From: Desulfatiglandales bacterium
GTDB taxonomy: Bacteria > Desulfobacterota > DSM-4660 > Desulfatiglandales > Desulfatiglandaceae
Reading direction: 5' to 3'
Assembly (NCBI GenBank): GCA_963662465.1
Contig: OY759599.1
Location: 3,424,001 to 3,488,000 of the forward strand
Length of the DNA: 64,000 bases
A program made the translations under genes and the position numbers. The stretch's first letter is position 1. Each line of letters starts with the position of its first letter. The notes under the pieces were generated by a model. The model saw only the letters and a program-made list of their open reading frames with translations, searched no databases and was not told the DNA's origin. This document shows, piece after piece, positions 18,899-29,800 of the stretch.

Positions 18899-19597
18899 TC
18901 AACCGTTTTCGGCGAATTGAACCAGGGCGTGGGGATCGGTGACAACGATCTGCTCGCGCCCGGACTTGATCCAGCCGTTTTTCTCCCAGGCGCTGAGGGT
19001 CCGGCTGACCGTGTATAAAGTGGTCCCGGAATAATCGGCGATATTTTGGCGGCTAAGGGGCATATCAATTTGAATCCCGGACCGGGTTTTCGAACCAGCC
19101 CGCCGCATGAGCCGCAGCAGGGAGCGGGCGATACGTTGATCCACACGCTCGGTGCAAATTTCCAGATACCGGTGTTGCACATCGTCGATGCGCTCCAGAA
19201 TAATGCTTAGCAGATTGATGGTGATATCCGGATATTGGCGCAGCCATTGCGTCATTGCCGATTTATCCCAGCAGGTGATTTCCGTCTCTTCTATGGATTC
19301 AGCCGTGACCGGATAGGGCCGGTTTTTGAGGACGGCGATTGCGGCGGTCAATTCTCCCGCGCCGATATAGCGGAGGATTATTTCCTTGCCCTGCTCGTTG
19401 AGTTGGGTCAGTTTTAAACGCCCCTGATTTACCAGAAAGCAACTGACGGCCGGATCACCCTGATGGAATAGAATGCTTTTGGATTGGAGTTTTATGCGAC
19501 GCCCTTTTTTCAATAGATCTTCGTATTGCTCACTTTCAAGGCCCTTGAAAATCTCTGATTCATGCAGGCTATCCGATATATGCGGGTTCGTATCCAT
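18899..19597 (-). CDS. Crp/Fnr-family regulator, NnrR-like
   Basis: cNMP domain (LFHQGDPA..G..KL..YPVTA); HTH SRQNIADYSGTTLYTVSRTLSAWEKNG has the NnrR-type TVSR..S.W instead of ETxSR; no FNR Cys cluster. Confidence 0.88.
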   Translation of the reverse strand: MDTNPHISDSLHESEIFKGLESEQYEDLLKKGRRIKLQSKSILFHQGDPAVSCFLVNQGRLKLTQLNEQGKEIILRYIGAGELTAAIAVLKNRPYPVTAESIEETEITCWDKSAMTQWLRQYPDITINLLSIILERIDDVQHRYLEICTERVDQRIARSLLRLMRRAGSKTRSGIQIDMPLSRQNIADYSGTTLYTVSRTLSAWEKNGWIKSGREQIVVTDPHALVQFAENG

Positions 19598-19857
19598 TCA
19601 GTTTTAACACAACCTTGCAGTCGTTCCAAATCTCTCACAACGGCTGTGAATTCATCGCCATTCCGAAGCAATAGACAAAAGCTGCTTCTTTCCAACGGAT
19701 TATGGCACATTTCCACGTTTCCTGCCAGGCATAAATCCACCTGAATGCAGAGGCCCAAGAATACAGGCCCTCATTATTCGTTTTTTAAAATTTCAAATTG
19801 ACTGGAAACAGGCGGACATGATAAATATTTCATCCCACCGTATAGGAGCGGTTTCCA

Positions 19858-21315
19858 ATGAATGAAAAGCCGACATATGAGGAACTTGAGCGCAGGGTCC
19901 GGGAATTGGAGCAGGTAGAACGAGACCTAAAGCGGGCCGAGGAAGCGCTGTCGAAGAGCGAGCGGTTTTTACCTGAGGCAGCTAAAATCGCTAATCTTGG
20001 TGCTTGGGAACTCGATATTGATAAAGACGGCAGACCTATCCGCATATCTGGCGCAGCTCAGGATATTACTGAACAAAAACGGACGGAAGACCTGCTGCGG
20101 AAGAAGGCATCTGAACTGGAGCGCGCTCAGCAAGTGGCCCATATTGGGAGCTGGACCTATGATCCGGTCACTCGGATGCTTGTATGGAGTAAGGAGATGT
20201 TTCGAATCTTCGGGATGGAGCCGGCGCCTGAAGCGACCCCGTATATCGTACACCAACAGATTATTCACCCGGAAGATTGGAATCGATTTGACACGGCAGT
20301 GACGCGCGCGATGAATGAAGGCCGGGGGTATAACCTGGATCTTCGAATTATCCGGCGCGACGGTGAAATCCGCTATGTAAACGCCCGATGCAAGACCGCC
20401 CGTGGTCCGGACGGAAAAGTCATTCAATTGATCGGAACCACTCAGGACGTCACTACTCTGAAAGAGATGGAACGAAAACTGACTAAGAGCAGGGACCGTT
20501 ACCAATCAGTGGTGGAAGACCAGACCGAAATCATCAGCCGTTTCAGACCGGACGGCAAGTTCACCTTTGTCAGTGACACCTACTGCCGGTTCTTTGGGAA
20601 ATCATCCGAAGAGTTGATCGCCCGCAAATGGCAGCCGGTGGCGCACGAAGACGACCTGCCGCTTATTCAGAAGCGACTCAGTGAAGTGTCGCCTGAAAAC
20701 CCGGTGGCTGAAGTCGAAAATCGGGTGTGGGACGCCGAAGGGCGGCTGCGCTGGATGCAGTTTGTCAACCGCGGATTTTTCAATAAAAAAGGGAACCTGA
20801 CCGAGATCCAGTCCGTTGGGCGAGATATCACACCCCTGAAAGAGCAGGAACGGTTACTCATTGAAAAAGAGAGGCAGATACGGCGCCAGTCGGAAGAACT
20901 GGAAAAGGTCAATCACGCGCTCGAGGTCCTGCTGGATCAACGGACCCGGCAGATTTCGGATATGAGAGAAGGGCTGTTACGGGACTTCAACCGGTTGATT
21001 ATTGCGGATCTTCATTCATTGAAACGTAGCATGACAGGAGATGCGAATCGCAAAACAATCGACTTGGTCATTGATAACTTTCAGCGCCTGTTGTCGCCAA
21101 AGTCGGATCCCATCACCTCAGAGAAATACCGCCTCACCCGGACCGAACTCAAAATCGCCACCATGCTCCGAAACGACATGACCTCGAGAGAAATTGCCGA
21201 ACACCTCTATATTTCGCCCCATACGGTGGGCTTTCACCGGAAGAACCTTCGAAAAAAGCTGGGCCTTCAGGAGTCGTCCACGGCCCTGACCCAGTTCCTC
21301 AAGACCCATCTCTAA
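19858..21315 (+). CDS. PAS-domain LuxR-family transcriptional regulator
   Basis: Two PAS/PAC domains plus a truncated one, and a C-terminal LTRTELKIA...TVGFHRKNLRKKLG HTH. Confidence 0.9.
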   Translation: MNEKPTYEELERRVRELEQVERDLKRAEEALSKSERFLPEAAKIANLGAWELDIDKDGRPIRISGAAQDITEQKRTEDLLRKKASELERAQQVAHIGSWTYDPVTRMLVWSKEMFRIFGMEPAPEATPYIVHQQIIHPEDWNRFDTAVTRAMNEGRGYNLDLRIIRRDGEIRYVNARCKTARGPDGKVIQLIGTTQDVTTLKEMERKLTKSRDRYQSVVEDQTEIISRFRPDGKFTFVSDTYCRFFGKSSEELIARKWQPVAHEDDLPLIQKRLSEVSPENPVAEVENRVWDAEGRLRWMQFVNRGFFNKKGNLTEIQSVGRDITPLKEQERLLIEKERQIRRQSEELEKVNHALEVLLDQRTRQISDMREGLLRDFNRLIIADLHSLKRSMTGDANRKTIDLVIDNFQRLLSPKSDPITSEKYRLTRTELKIATMLRNDMTSREIAEHLYISPHTVGFHRKNLRKKLGLQESSTALTQFLKTHL

Positions 21316-21333
21316 TCCAGGAGGATTTATTAC

Positions 21334-21352
21334 TGGTAGGTTTAACCTACCA
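21334..21352. promoter_or_regulatory. Perfect 19-bp palindrome TGGTAGGTT-T-AACCTACCA, candidate LuxR operator for the downstream signalling operon
   Basis: Lies directly after the LuxR gene and upstream of a TATAAT; has no U-tract. Confidence 0.5.
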
Positions 21353-21542
21353 CAAACCCACCGATAAAACACCCATTTATAATGCCCTTAACATCCACTA
21401 TAGTATTTCAAACATTGCAACCGTTTCTCCCATAACATCGCAGTTCAAGCCCTCCAACATGCGGGAGAGGATGAAACGGGCATTCATACCCAACGCCGAA
21501 TTCCGATTGCGGCCGACATAAATTCGGCAACAGAGAGACCTG

Positions 21543-24059
21543 ATGATCACAGCAGCGGAGCATTCAAAAGAGACGGCGCGAAAACTGACGATCAAGTATT
21601 TCCTGTGGATTTTTATCCCCGTGGGGTTCATCCTGTCCGCCTTCATGACCGGCATATATCTGATCGAAATTCAATCCGAAAAAACGAAACTGAAATTCGA
21701 GCAGATGGCCCACCTCAAGAATCAGGAAAAGTTGATTCGGGAGGTCTTATACAACATTTTGTCAGATGTATTGTTTTTGTCGGACCTGGAAAACCTCAGG
21801 GACTTGAATGATGCGGATGTTCCCCATCTTCCACATCATGTGGAACGGGAGTTCTTGAGTTTTTCTAAAAACAAGAAGATCTATGATCAGATTCGATGGA
21901 TTGATCAAAATGGAAAAGAACGCATTCGTGTCGATTTTCATAACGGTCATCCCCTTGTTGTGCCGGAGCGGCTTCTGCAGTCCAAAACCGAGAGATACTA
22001 TTTTAAGGAGGCCTTGGGGCTTCAAAAGGGCCGGATCTATGTTTCCCCCCTGGACCTGAACGTGGAACACGGACAAATCGAGATACCCCATAAACCCATG
22101 ATTCGGTTTGCCACGCCGGTTTTTGATAAAAGGGGCCGGAAAATGGGCGTCCTGGTGCTCAATTATCTGGCAGGTCTGCTCATCAAAGATTTGGAGAATG
22201 CGTTCGAGGATACCCATGGGGAACTGATGCTCCTGAACTGGAAGGGATACTGGTTGATCAGCCCGCGCAAGGACCAGGAATGGGGATTCATGCACCCCGA
22301 TAAACAGGGACTTCGGTTTGAAACCTTTTTTCCGGCGGCCTGGCGCAAAATTCAAACCGAAAGAAGCGGACAGTTTGCAACGCCGAACGGGCTCTTCTCT
22401 TTTTTAAAGGTATACCCGGTGTGTGAGAGCCTGTGGATGGCCCTCAAAGCTACCAAAGGGGATTTTGAATTTGGTGACTGTCCCCTCAAAGAAACCTATC
22501 AGTGGGTTGTGGTATTGCATACACCACCGGCGTTTCTGGCCGATTTGATACGTCCATACCGATACGCCTTTGCGGGTATTCTGGCCTTCTTACTGGTGAT
22601 GGCAGCCTTTGGCGCCTGCATAACGGCGCGACAAATGGCGGCCAGGGAGACCGGCCAGGTGGTGAAGGAAGCCATGTATCGGCTCAAGGACAGCCTGCTG
22701 GGAGCGACCCTTGCCATCAGCGGGAATCTGGATCTGGAGGCGGCGCTGCGGGAAATTCTGGAGAACGCCAAGCAGTTGGCCGATGCCCGGTTTGCGGCCC
22801 TGAACCTGCCCGATAATATGGTGAATGCCGCCCCGTTTTTCAGTTTGGGCATGGATGAAGCGGAAAAAGAGAAGATCGAGCGATGTCCACCGAGAAAGGG
22901 CCTTATCGAGGCCATTGAAACAGAGCGCAAGAGCATTATGGTGCCCGATGTGACGTCGGATGCCAGATTTTGCGGATTTCCCAAAGGACATCCGAAGATG
23001 ACCTCTTTCCTGGGAACGCCGATTATTTATCAAGGGCGTCTTCTGGGGAATATCTACCTGACGGAGAAAATCGGCCGCGACGCCTTTACAACTTTGGACA
23101 AACAGCTTATCGAGGCCTTCGCGGGCCATGCGGCAGCCGCCATTAACAACGCCATGCTCTATCAGGAGATTCGCGAACTGAACCGTCACCTGGAGGACAA
23201 GGTGACGGAGCGAACCCGGGATCTGCAGACCGCGCTTCAGTCGGCTGAAGTGGCCAATCAGGCCAAAAGTGATTTTCTGGCCGCCATGAGCCACGAACTG
23301 CGAACCCCCCTGAACGCGGTGATCGGTTTCTCCGAGGTGCTTTGGGATCAGTTCTTTGGTCCCTTAAACGATAAACAGCTGGAGTATGTGAAAGATGTGC
23401 TGGAAAGCGGCAGACATCTGCTTTCGTTGATCAATGATATTCTGGATTTAAGCAAGATCGAGGCCGGCAAAACGGCCCTGGAGGCGTCGTCCGTGGACCT
23501 GGTTTTGCTGGCTTCCGGCAGCCTGACCATGATTCGTGAAAAGGCCATGAAACACGGCATTCAGACCCACCTCCATGTGGAAAACGATCGAACCGAGTGG
23601 TTTATTGAGGCGGATGAACGCAAATTGAAACAGGTGCTTTTTAATCTGTTGTCCAATGCCGCCAAATTCACCCCGGACGGGGGCGTCATTGAAATCCATT
23701 TGACCCATGCGAAGCCCTTTAAAAACGCCCGGTTCGTTCAAAACGCGGCAAAGGATAACGCTGAGGGTCCGTCGGAATTCGTACGGGTCTGCGTGATGGA
23801 TACGGGAATCGGCATTTCGTCCAAAGACCAGGAAGCTGTATTTGATGCCTTTTTTCAGGTGAGCCGGGGCTATACCGACAAAACCGCGGGCACCGGGCTG
23901 GGGCTGCCGCTTTCCAGACAACTGGTGGCGCTTCATGGCGGCAGGCTGTGGGTGGAAAGTGAGGGAGAAGGGAAAGGAAGTACCTTTTGCTTTGAGATTC
24001 CGGTTTCACAGACCGGAAAACAGGAAAATGATTCAACCAAGGGAGAATCTCAGTCATGA
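21543..24059 (+). CDS. Membrane sensor histidine kinase (Cache-like periplasmic domain, GAF, HisKA, HATPase)
   Basis: Two TMs, [24 protein letters not shown] ([16 protein letters not shown]), [19 protein letters not shown] and GTGLGL. Confidence 0.93.
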   Translation: MITAAEHSKETARKLTIKYFLWIFIPVGFILSAFMTGIYLIEIQSEKTKLKFEQMAHLKNQEKLIREVLYNILSDVLFLSDLENLRDLNDADVPHLPHHVEREFLSFSKNKKIYDQIRWIDQNGKERIRVDFHNGHPLVVPERLLQSKTERYYFKEALGLQKGRIYVSPLDLNVEHGQIEIPHKPMIRFATPVFDKRGRKMGVLVLNYLAGLLIKDLENAFEDTHGELMLLNWKGYWLISPRKDQEWGFMHPDKQGLRFETFFPAAWRKIQTERSGQFATPNGLFSFLKVYPVCESLWMALKATKGDFEFGDCPLKETYQWVVVLHTPPAFLADLIRPYRYAFAGILAFLLVMAAFGACITARQMAARETGQVVKEAMYRLKDSLLGATLAISGNLDLEAALREILENAKQLADARFAALNLPDNMVNAAPFFSLGMDEAEKEKIERCPPRKGLIEAIETERKSIMVPDVTSDARFCGFPKGHPKMTSFLGTPIIYQGRLLGNIYLTEKIGRDAFTTLDKQLIEAFAGHAAAAINNAMLYQEIRELNRHLEDKVTERTRDLQTALQSAEVANQAKSDFLAAMSHELRTPLNAVIGFSEVLWDQFFGPLNDKQLEYVKDVLESGRHLLSLINDILDLSKIEAGKTALEASSVDLVLLASGSLTMIREKAMKHGIQTHLHVENDRTEWFIEADERKLKQVLFNLLSNAAKFTPDGGVIEIHLTHAKPFKNARFVQNAAKDNAEGPSEFVRVCVMDTGIGISSKDQEAVFDAFFQVSRGYTDKTAGTGLGLPLSRQLVALHGGRLWVESEGEGKGSTFCFEIPVSQTGKQENDSTKGESQS

Positions 24060-25264
24060 AAACACCCCAAATTCTCGTTGTGGATGATGAATCGCAGAAC
24101 CTGCGTCTCATGCAAGCCATGCTGACGCCTCTGGGTTATGCGGTTCATACGGCGGCCGACGGCGCCGAAGGCGTTCAAGCGGCAAACGATTTGAAACCCG
24201 ATCTGATCCTCATGGATGTCATGATGCCCAAAATGGATGGGTTTGATGCCACGAGAGCGCTTAAATCCGGAAAAGACACACACGGCATTCCCATCGTCAT
24301 GGTTACGGCCTTAAGTGAGCGAAAAGACCGCATCCTGGCCATGGAGGCAGGCGCCGATGATTTTTTGTCAAAGCCGGTGGATACCACGGAGCTGAAAGCC
24401 CGGGTCCGGTCTTTGCTCAAAGTCAAGGCCTACCATGACCATCTTCTGAAAGATCAGGAAGAACTGGAGCAGAAAGTGCGTCGCCGCACAAAACAGCTGC
24501 ACGAGGCCCTGGAAAAGATCAACCGGGCCGCCGCGGCGGCCGAATCGGCAAATATCGTGAAAAGCGAGTTTCTCTCCAACATCAGTCATGAATTGCGAAC
24601 CCCCTTGAACGGCATTATCGGAATGAGCGACCTTATGCTGGATACGGACCTTTCAGAGGAACAGCACGAATACATGGCAATCGTCCGCCAGTCTGCGGAT
24701 GCGCTTTTGGAACTCATCGATCGGACGCTGGATTTTTCCGAAATCCATAAGGGACTGCTGGTATTGAAATCCGAAACGTTCCATCTGCTTGAATGGCTGG
24801 ATGATATCGTGCGAATGCTAAAACCCAAAGCGGAAGAAAAAGGAATTGTGCTCACGGTGTCGGCGGACCCGGATGTGCCGGAATCCTTTACCGGCGACGG
24901 AGGGCGCATGCGGCAGGCGCTGGTGAATCTCGCGGGAAACGCCATTAAATTTACGGAACAGGGGGAGGTGAACATTCAGATTTCCACAACCGGCGAAACG
25001 GCCGAGGATTTGCGGTTGCATGTGGCGGTTGCGGATACGGGTATCGGCATTGCCCCCGAGCATCAGGATCGTATTTTTGAAGCGTTTACGCAGGTAGATG
25101 GGTCCTCCACCAGACGCTATGAGGGAATCGGCCTGGGGCTGTCGCTGGCCGGCCGCCTGGTGCAGCTCATGGGCGGCCACATGGGGCTGGAGAGTCAGCC
25201 GGGAGAAGGGAGCCGGTTCTGGTTCACCATTCCCATGACCGAAAAATTGCATCAAAAGGCATGA
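24056..25264 (+). CDS. Hybrid receiver-histidine kinase (REC-HisKA-HATPase)
   Basis: VVDDE..LMDVMMP..SKP, then [17 protein letters not shown] and GIGLGL. Confidence 0.92.
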   Translation: MKTPQILVVDDESQNLRLMQAMLTPLGYAVHTAADGAEGVQAANDLKPDLILMDVMMPKMDGFDATRALKSGKDTHGIPIVMVTALSERKDRILAMEAGADDFLSKPVDTTELKARVRSLLKVKAYHDHLLKDQEELEQKVRRRTKQLHEALEKINRAAAAAESANIVKSEFLSNISHELRTPLNGIIGMSDLMLDTDLSEEQHEYMAIVRQSADALLELIDRTLDFSEIHKGLLVLKSETFHLLEWLDDIVRMLKPKAEEKGIVLTVSADPDVPESFTGDGGRMRQALVNLAGNAIKFTEQGEVNIQISTTGETAEDLRLHVAVADTGIGIAPEHQDRIFEAFTQVDGSSTRRYEGIGLGLSLAGRLVQLMGGHMGLESQPGEGSRFWFTIPMTEKLHQKA

Positions 25265-25276
25265 GAGGGAGTTTTC

Positions 25277-27070
25277 ATGAGCGATCAGTTAAGCCGCCAG
25301 GCATTGGAGGCCCGGATTTTGGAACTTGAAAAACAAGTCGCCGATCAAAAGGCGGGGGATATACGGATAAAAATCCTGTCACAGGCGATGGCGTCGAGCC
25401 CCGTGTCGGTGGTGATCACGGACCACAACGGCGTCATTGAATATGTGAACCCCAAATTTGAGTTCCTCACCGGCTACACGCTTGCGGAAGCTGTGGGAAA
25501 AAATCCCAGCGTATTGAATGCCGGGGTTCAGCCTAAAGACTATTACCGGGATATGTGGCAAAAGATTTCCGCGGGCCGGGACTGGAAAGGGGAGTTTTGC
25601 AATCGCAAAAAGAATGGGGAATTGTATTGGGAGCAGGCCCTGATCTCCCCCATTTTGAATGAAGCCGGCCGGATCACCCATTTTGTGGCGGTCAAAGAGG
25701 ACATCACCGAACGAAAGCGCATGACCGAGGAGTTGTCCCGGGCCAAGGTCATGGCTGAATCAGCCAACCAGGCCAAGAATGAATTTCTGGCCAACATGAG
25801 CCACGAACTCCGCACGCCGCTCAATGCCATCATCGGTTTTTCCGAAGTGCTTCAGGAAGGCTATTTTGGTGGTCTGAATGAAAAGCAGCACGAATATGTG
25901 GCCGATATTCTGGGCAGCGGGCGGCATTTGCTCTCACTGATCAATGATATCCTGGATCTTGCCAAAATTGAATCCGGTAAAATGGAACTTGAGACCACCC
26001 GGTTTGCGGTGCATGGTCTGCTGGAAAACAGCCTTTTCATGATCAAGGAAAAGGCGCTGAAGCACGGTATTTCCCTGTCCGTGAACATGCCGGAATCGGA
26101 TAGGGCCCTTGAGATAACCGCCGATGAACGTAAGCTCAAGCAGGTGCTGTTTAACCTGCTGTCCAACGCCGCCAAGTTTACACCCGATGGCGGCGGCATT
26201 GTGCTCGGCGCCCGAAAAATCGCGGATTTTGCGGTGCGTCGAATGGAATTAACGGGAGAAGGCCCCCCGTCGGGCAATGGGGTGCATGCCGTGGATCAGG
26301 GGCCGGGCGTTGAAATTCGCGTGAGCGATACGGGCATCGGCCTTGATGCGGAAGATTTACCCCATCTGTTTGATGAATTCTATCAGGTGGAAACGGGCAT
26401 GAGCAGACAGGGCCCCGGTACGGGACTGGGACTGCCGCTGGCCAGGCGGTTCGTGGAACTGCATGGCGGGGTCATCTGGGTGAAGAGCCGGGGGGCGGAA
26501 CTGGGAAGTATCTTCGGGTTTGTGCTGCCCCTTGAAGTTCCTCCCGCCGCCGTTGAAATGAAGCCCCAAAAACCGGTGAAACAGCTTTCACCGGTTCAAA
26601 GCGGGGATGGTTTTATGTCGCATTTATATGCGCCGACTCCAGGGGCTGAAAATCCCCGGGCCGATGCAAGTTCGGAAAAAACCCATCAACTGACTGAAAA
26701 ACTGGCCCTGTTTCAGCAGTTGATCCTTCAAAGCAACGATGCCATCTTCATGGTTAGGGAAAGCACGGGCAGAATCGTTGACATGAACAACCAGGCCTGC
26801 CGGAGCCTCGGCTACACACGGGATGAATTACTGAAAATGACCGTACTGGATATCGAAGTCTCCATTCTTCACAGCCCTCGGGAATGGAAAGCGCACGTTA
26901 ATGAAATGCGCGTTTCAAACGGAAAAATTCTTCGATGCAGCCACCGCCGCAAAGACGGCTCCATATTTCCGGTGGAGATCAGCCTTCGCCACGTGCATTA
27001 TCAAAATGACGACTATATTGTAGCGATTGCGCGTGATATGAGCGCTTTTAGATGTGAAAAGGAGTGTTAA
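25277..27070 (+). CDS. Cytoplasmic PAS histidine kinase with an extra C-terminal PAS
   Basis: [15 protein letters not shown], HATPase, then a PAS ([10 protein letters not shown]...[11 protein letters not shown]). Confidence 0.9.
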   Translation: MSDQLSRQALEARILELEKQVADQKAGDIRIKILSQAMASSPVSVVITDHNGVIEYVNPKFEFLTGYTLAEAVGKNPSVLNAGVQPKDYYRDMWQKISAGRDWKGEFCNRKKNGELYWEQALISPILNEAGRITHFVAVKEDITERKRMTEELSRAKVMAESANQAKNEFLANMSHELRTPLNAIIGFSEVLQEGYFGGLNEKQHEYVADILGSGRHLLSLINDILDLAKIESGKMELETTRFAVHGLLENSLFMIKEKALKHGISLSVNMPESDRALEITADERKLKQVLFNLLSNAAKFTPDGGGIVLGARKIADFAVRRMELTGEGPPSGNGVHAVDQGPGVEIRVSDTGIGLDAEDLPHLFDEFYQVETGMSRQGPGTGLGLPLARRFVELHGGVIWVKSRGAELGSIFGFVLPLEVPPAAVEMKPQKPVKQLSPVQSGDGFMSHLYAPTPGAENPRADASSEKTHQLTEKLALFQQLILQSNDAIFMVRESTGRIVDMNNQACRSLGYTRDELLKMTVLDIEVSILHSPREWKAHVNEMRVSNGKILRCSHRRKDGSIFPVEISLRHVHYQNDDYIVAIARDMSAFRCEKEC

Positions 27071-27072
27071 GC

Positions 27073-28170
27073 GTGAACAGAAAAATACTGGTGGTGGACG
27101 ATGAGGATCGCAATCTGCGGTTGATGAAGGCCCTGCTGATCCCCATGGGACACGAGGTTTTGATGGCGCCCGATGGTGAGACGGCGCTTCGAATGATGCA
27201 GACCCATGCACCGGACCTGGTGCTGCTGGATATCATGATGCCGGGCATGGATGGGTTTGAAACGGCCCGAAAGATGAAGGCGGATGATGATGGGAAAATG
27301 ATTCCCATTGTCATGGTCACGGCCCTGTCCGACGTTCAGGACCGGGTGCGCGCGCTTGAGGCGGGCGCCGATGATTTTTTGAGCAAACCGGTGGATAAAA
27401 CCGAACTCAGGGCCCGGGTGGGTTCACTCTTGAAGGTGAAAGCCTATAACGACCACATGCGTCATTACCAGGAGGAACTGGAAGCCGAAGTGGCACGCAA
27501 AACCCAGCGCCTGCGTCAGGCCTATCGGCGTGTGCGGGACGCGTCCCTGGATACTATCTATCGACTCTCCCGAGCCGCTGAGTATAAGGATGAAGATACC
27601 GGCCGGCACCTGCTGCGCATGAGCCATTATGCGGCCGCCGTGGCCCGGCAAATGGGCCTGAGCGATCATGTGGCCCAGTCCATTTTGTATGCCGCTCCCA
27701 TGCACGATGTGGGAAAGATCGGCATTCCGGATCGCGTTTTGTTGAAACCGGGCCGGTTCAATCCGGACGAATGGGAGATTATGAAACAGCATACCGTCAT
27801 CGGGGGCAAAATCCTGGAAGGTTCCAAAACCGGTTTTATTCGCCTGGCGGAAGTGATTGCCCTGACCCACCACGAAAAATGGGATGGCACGGGATATCCC
27901 CTGGGACTCAAAGGGAAACGCATTCCCAAAATCGGACAGATTGTGGCCATCGGGGATGTGTTTGACGCGCTGACATCCAAACGTCCCTACAAGGAGGCCT
28001 TCTCAGTTGAAAAATCCTTGAAAATTCTCGATGAAAGCCGGGGGAACCATTTCAGTCCCCACGTGGTGGATGCATTTATGGCAATCCTGGATGAGATCTT
28101 GACGATCAAGGACCGGTATCAGGAACAGGAGCAAAGCCTTCTGCTGAAAATGACCGGCGGCAAAGCGTGA
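27073..28170 (+). CDS. REC-HD-GYP cyclic-di-GMP phosphodiesterase (RpfG-like)
   Basis: Receiver plus MHDVGKIG, HHEKWDGTGYP and DVFDALTSKRPYK. Confidence 0.93.
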   Translation: MNRKILVVDDEDRNLRLMKALLIPMGHEVLMAPDGETALRMMQTHAPDLVLLDIMMPGMDGFETARKMKADDDGKMIPIVMVTALSDVQDRVRALEAGADDFLSKPVDKTELRARVGSLLKVKAYNDHMRHYQEELEAEVARKTQRLRQAYRRVRDASLDTIYRLSRAAEYKDEDTGRHLLRMSHYAAAVARQMGLSDHVAQSILYAAPMHDVGKIGIPDRVLLKPGRFNPDEWEIMKQHTVIGGKILEGSKTGFIRLAEVIALTHHEKWDGTGYPLGLKGKRIPKIGQIVAIGDVFDALTSKRPYKEAFSVEKSLKILDESRGNHFSPHVVDAFMAILDEILTIKDRYQEQEQSLLLKMTGGKA

Positions 28171-28186
28171 GGTTGGGGGCTTGAAC

Positions 28187-28576
28187 ATGGCAGGCGTGAT
28201 ACTCATTGTGGAAGACGAAGAAAAAAACATGAAGCTGGTGCGGGATTTGCTCCAGTTGCAAGGTTACACGACGCTTGAGGCATGGAACGGAGAAGAGGGC
28301 GTTATGCTGGCGAAGCAGAATAAACCGGATCTGATTATCATGGATATTCATATGCCGATCATGGATGGCATAGCGGCGTCCAGGGAGATCAAACAATCAC
28401 CTGAAACCCACGGCATTCCGATTATCGCCCTGACAGCCTATGCCATGAAAGGTGACCCGGAGCGCATCTCACGGGATGGCAGCTTTGACGACTACATGTC
28501 CAAACCGATCAAGATCAAACAATTTCTGGAAACCGTAGCGGCCTATTTCCCAAAATTCGACAACCCTAAACAATGA
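28187..28576 (+). CDS. Single-domain response regulator (DivK-like)
   Basis: IVEDEEKNMKLVRDLL..MDIHMP..ALTAYAMKGD..SKP. Confidence 0.9.
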   Translation: MAGVILIVEDEEKNMKLVRDLLQLQGYTTLEAWNGEEGVMLAKQNKPDLIIMDIHMPIMDGIAASREIKQSPETHGIPIIALTAYAMKGDPERISRDGSFDDYMSKPIKIKQFLETVAAYFPKFDNPKQ

Positions 28577-28587
28577 GGATCATTTAA

Positions 28588-29613
28588 ATGCCGCCAATCA
28601 TACCTGGAAACCTGCTGACCACCGCCATGGCGGTCATGCCCCATACGGATGTAGAACGCGCCCTTGACATGGCGTTGTCACTGGATGTGCCGTTTTGGCC
28701 GCAATTGCCCCATTACAGTTATTATGAAGATATGTACGTGCAGGCGGCCGAACATTTTCCCGGCATTTTGCTGGATATGGAAAAGCGAACCCTGAAGTTT
28801 TCCATGGATAAATTCAATCAGGAACTGGAGGAGACCCTGCTCAGATTTGAGGACCCCGCCTACTTTGACGTGAGCGAGACCTATTCGGTGGTGTATCATC
28901 GGTTCCTGGAACAGGATCTGGCCGACCGGCCCGCAATTCGAGGACAGCTTGAGGGTCCCATCAGTTTCGGGTTCAACGTGCTGGACCAGGATGAGCGCCC
29001 CATCCTGTTTGACGATACGGTTCGACCCTTCATGCTCGACTTCATGGCCAGGCGGATCAATGCGCAGCTGGCCCGGCTCAAAAAGCGCAATGTCAACGCC
29101 TTCATGTTTGTGGATGAACCCGGTCTTCAATTCCTCTTTTCCGCCATGGCGGGCTATGGCGATATCAAAGCCAGGGATGACATGGACTATTTTTTCGCCC
29201 AGGTGAATCGACCCCGAGGAATACATCTGTGCGGAAACCCGGACTGGGACTTTCTGCTCAGAATGGATCTCGATGTACTTTCCCTGGATGTTCATACCAA
29301 TGGCGAAATTTTCGTCTCCTACGCCAAAGCGATTCAAAAATTCCTGGACCGGGGAGGCGTGTTGGTTTGGGGAATGGTTCCAACCGGTTTTGAGGCATTT
29401 GCAGAGGAGGAAATCCCTTCTCTGACAAAACGCCTCGAAGACACCTGGAAGACGCTCTGGTCCAAAGGGATCGATAGGGATCTGCTGATCTCCCAAAGCA
29501 TGCTGTCCCCTGCCACCTGCTGTCTGATCAACCCGGACCGGGAGAAAACGGTCGAGCGCGCATTTGCCGCCGTAAATCAAATGAAGGAGATTTTAAGCCT
29601 GAAGTATCTTTAG
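28588..29613 (+). CDS. Core (catalytic-domain-only) cobalamin-independent methionine synthase-like / URO-D-fold protein
   Basis: WPQLP, FVDEP, GIHLCGNPDW, WGMVPT and SPATCC motifs; 341 aa with no folate-binding N-terminal half. Confidence 0.65.
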   Translation: MPPIIPGNLLTTAMAVMPHTDVERALDMALSLDVPFWPQLPHYSYYEDMYVQAAEHFPGILLDMEKRTLKFSMDKFNQELEETLLRFEDPAYFDVSETYSVVYHRFLEQDLADRPAIRGQLEGPISFGFNVLDQDERPILFDDTVRPFMLDFMARRINAQLARLKKRNVNAFMFVDEPGLQFLFSAMAGYGDIKARDDMDYFFAQVNRPRGIHLCGNPDWDFLLRMDLDVLSLDVHTNGEIFVSYAKAIQKFLDRGGVLVWGMVPTGFEAFAEEEIPSLTKRLEDTWKTLWSKGIDRDLLISQSMLSPATCCLINPDREKTVERAFAAVNQMKEILSLKYL

Positions 29614-29758
29614 TATATTCGGTTATTTTTTCGGCCAAGGGATTAAACCCGGTAATCTTCAAATTCCCGTCGACCGTAAAAACCGCAGTGGGAAGGCTAT
29701 CGATGACAAAGCGGTAGAAAGCAAGGTTATGGGAATCTTCGTTATCTCCAGTGGTCAT
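29614..29758 (-). pseudogene. Truncated N-terminal PAS fragment of a lost sensor gene
   Basis: FVIDSLPTAVFTVDGNLKITGFNPLAEKITEY is a PAS start that breaks off at the stop of the convergent gene. Confidence 0.6.
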
Positions 29759-29800
29759 ATTCGAACCTTCAGGAATATCGTTCATAAAGCTTTTCCTTCC

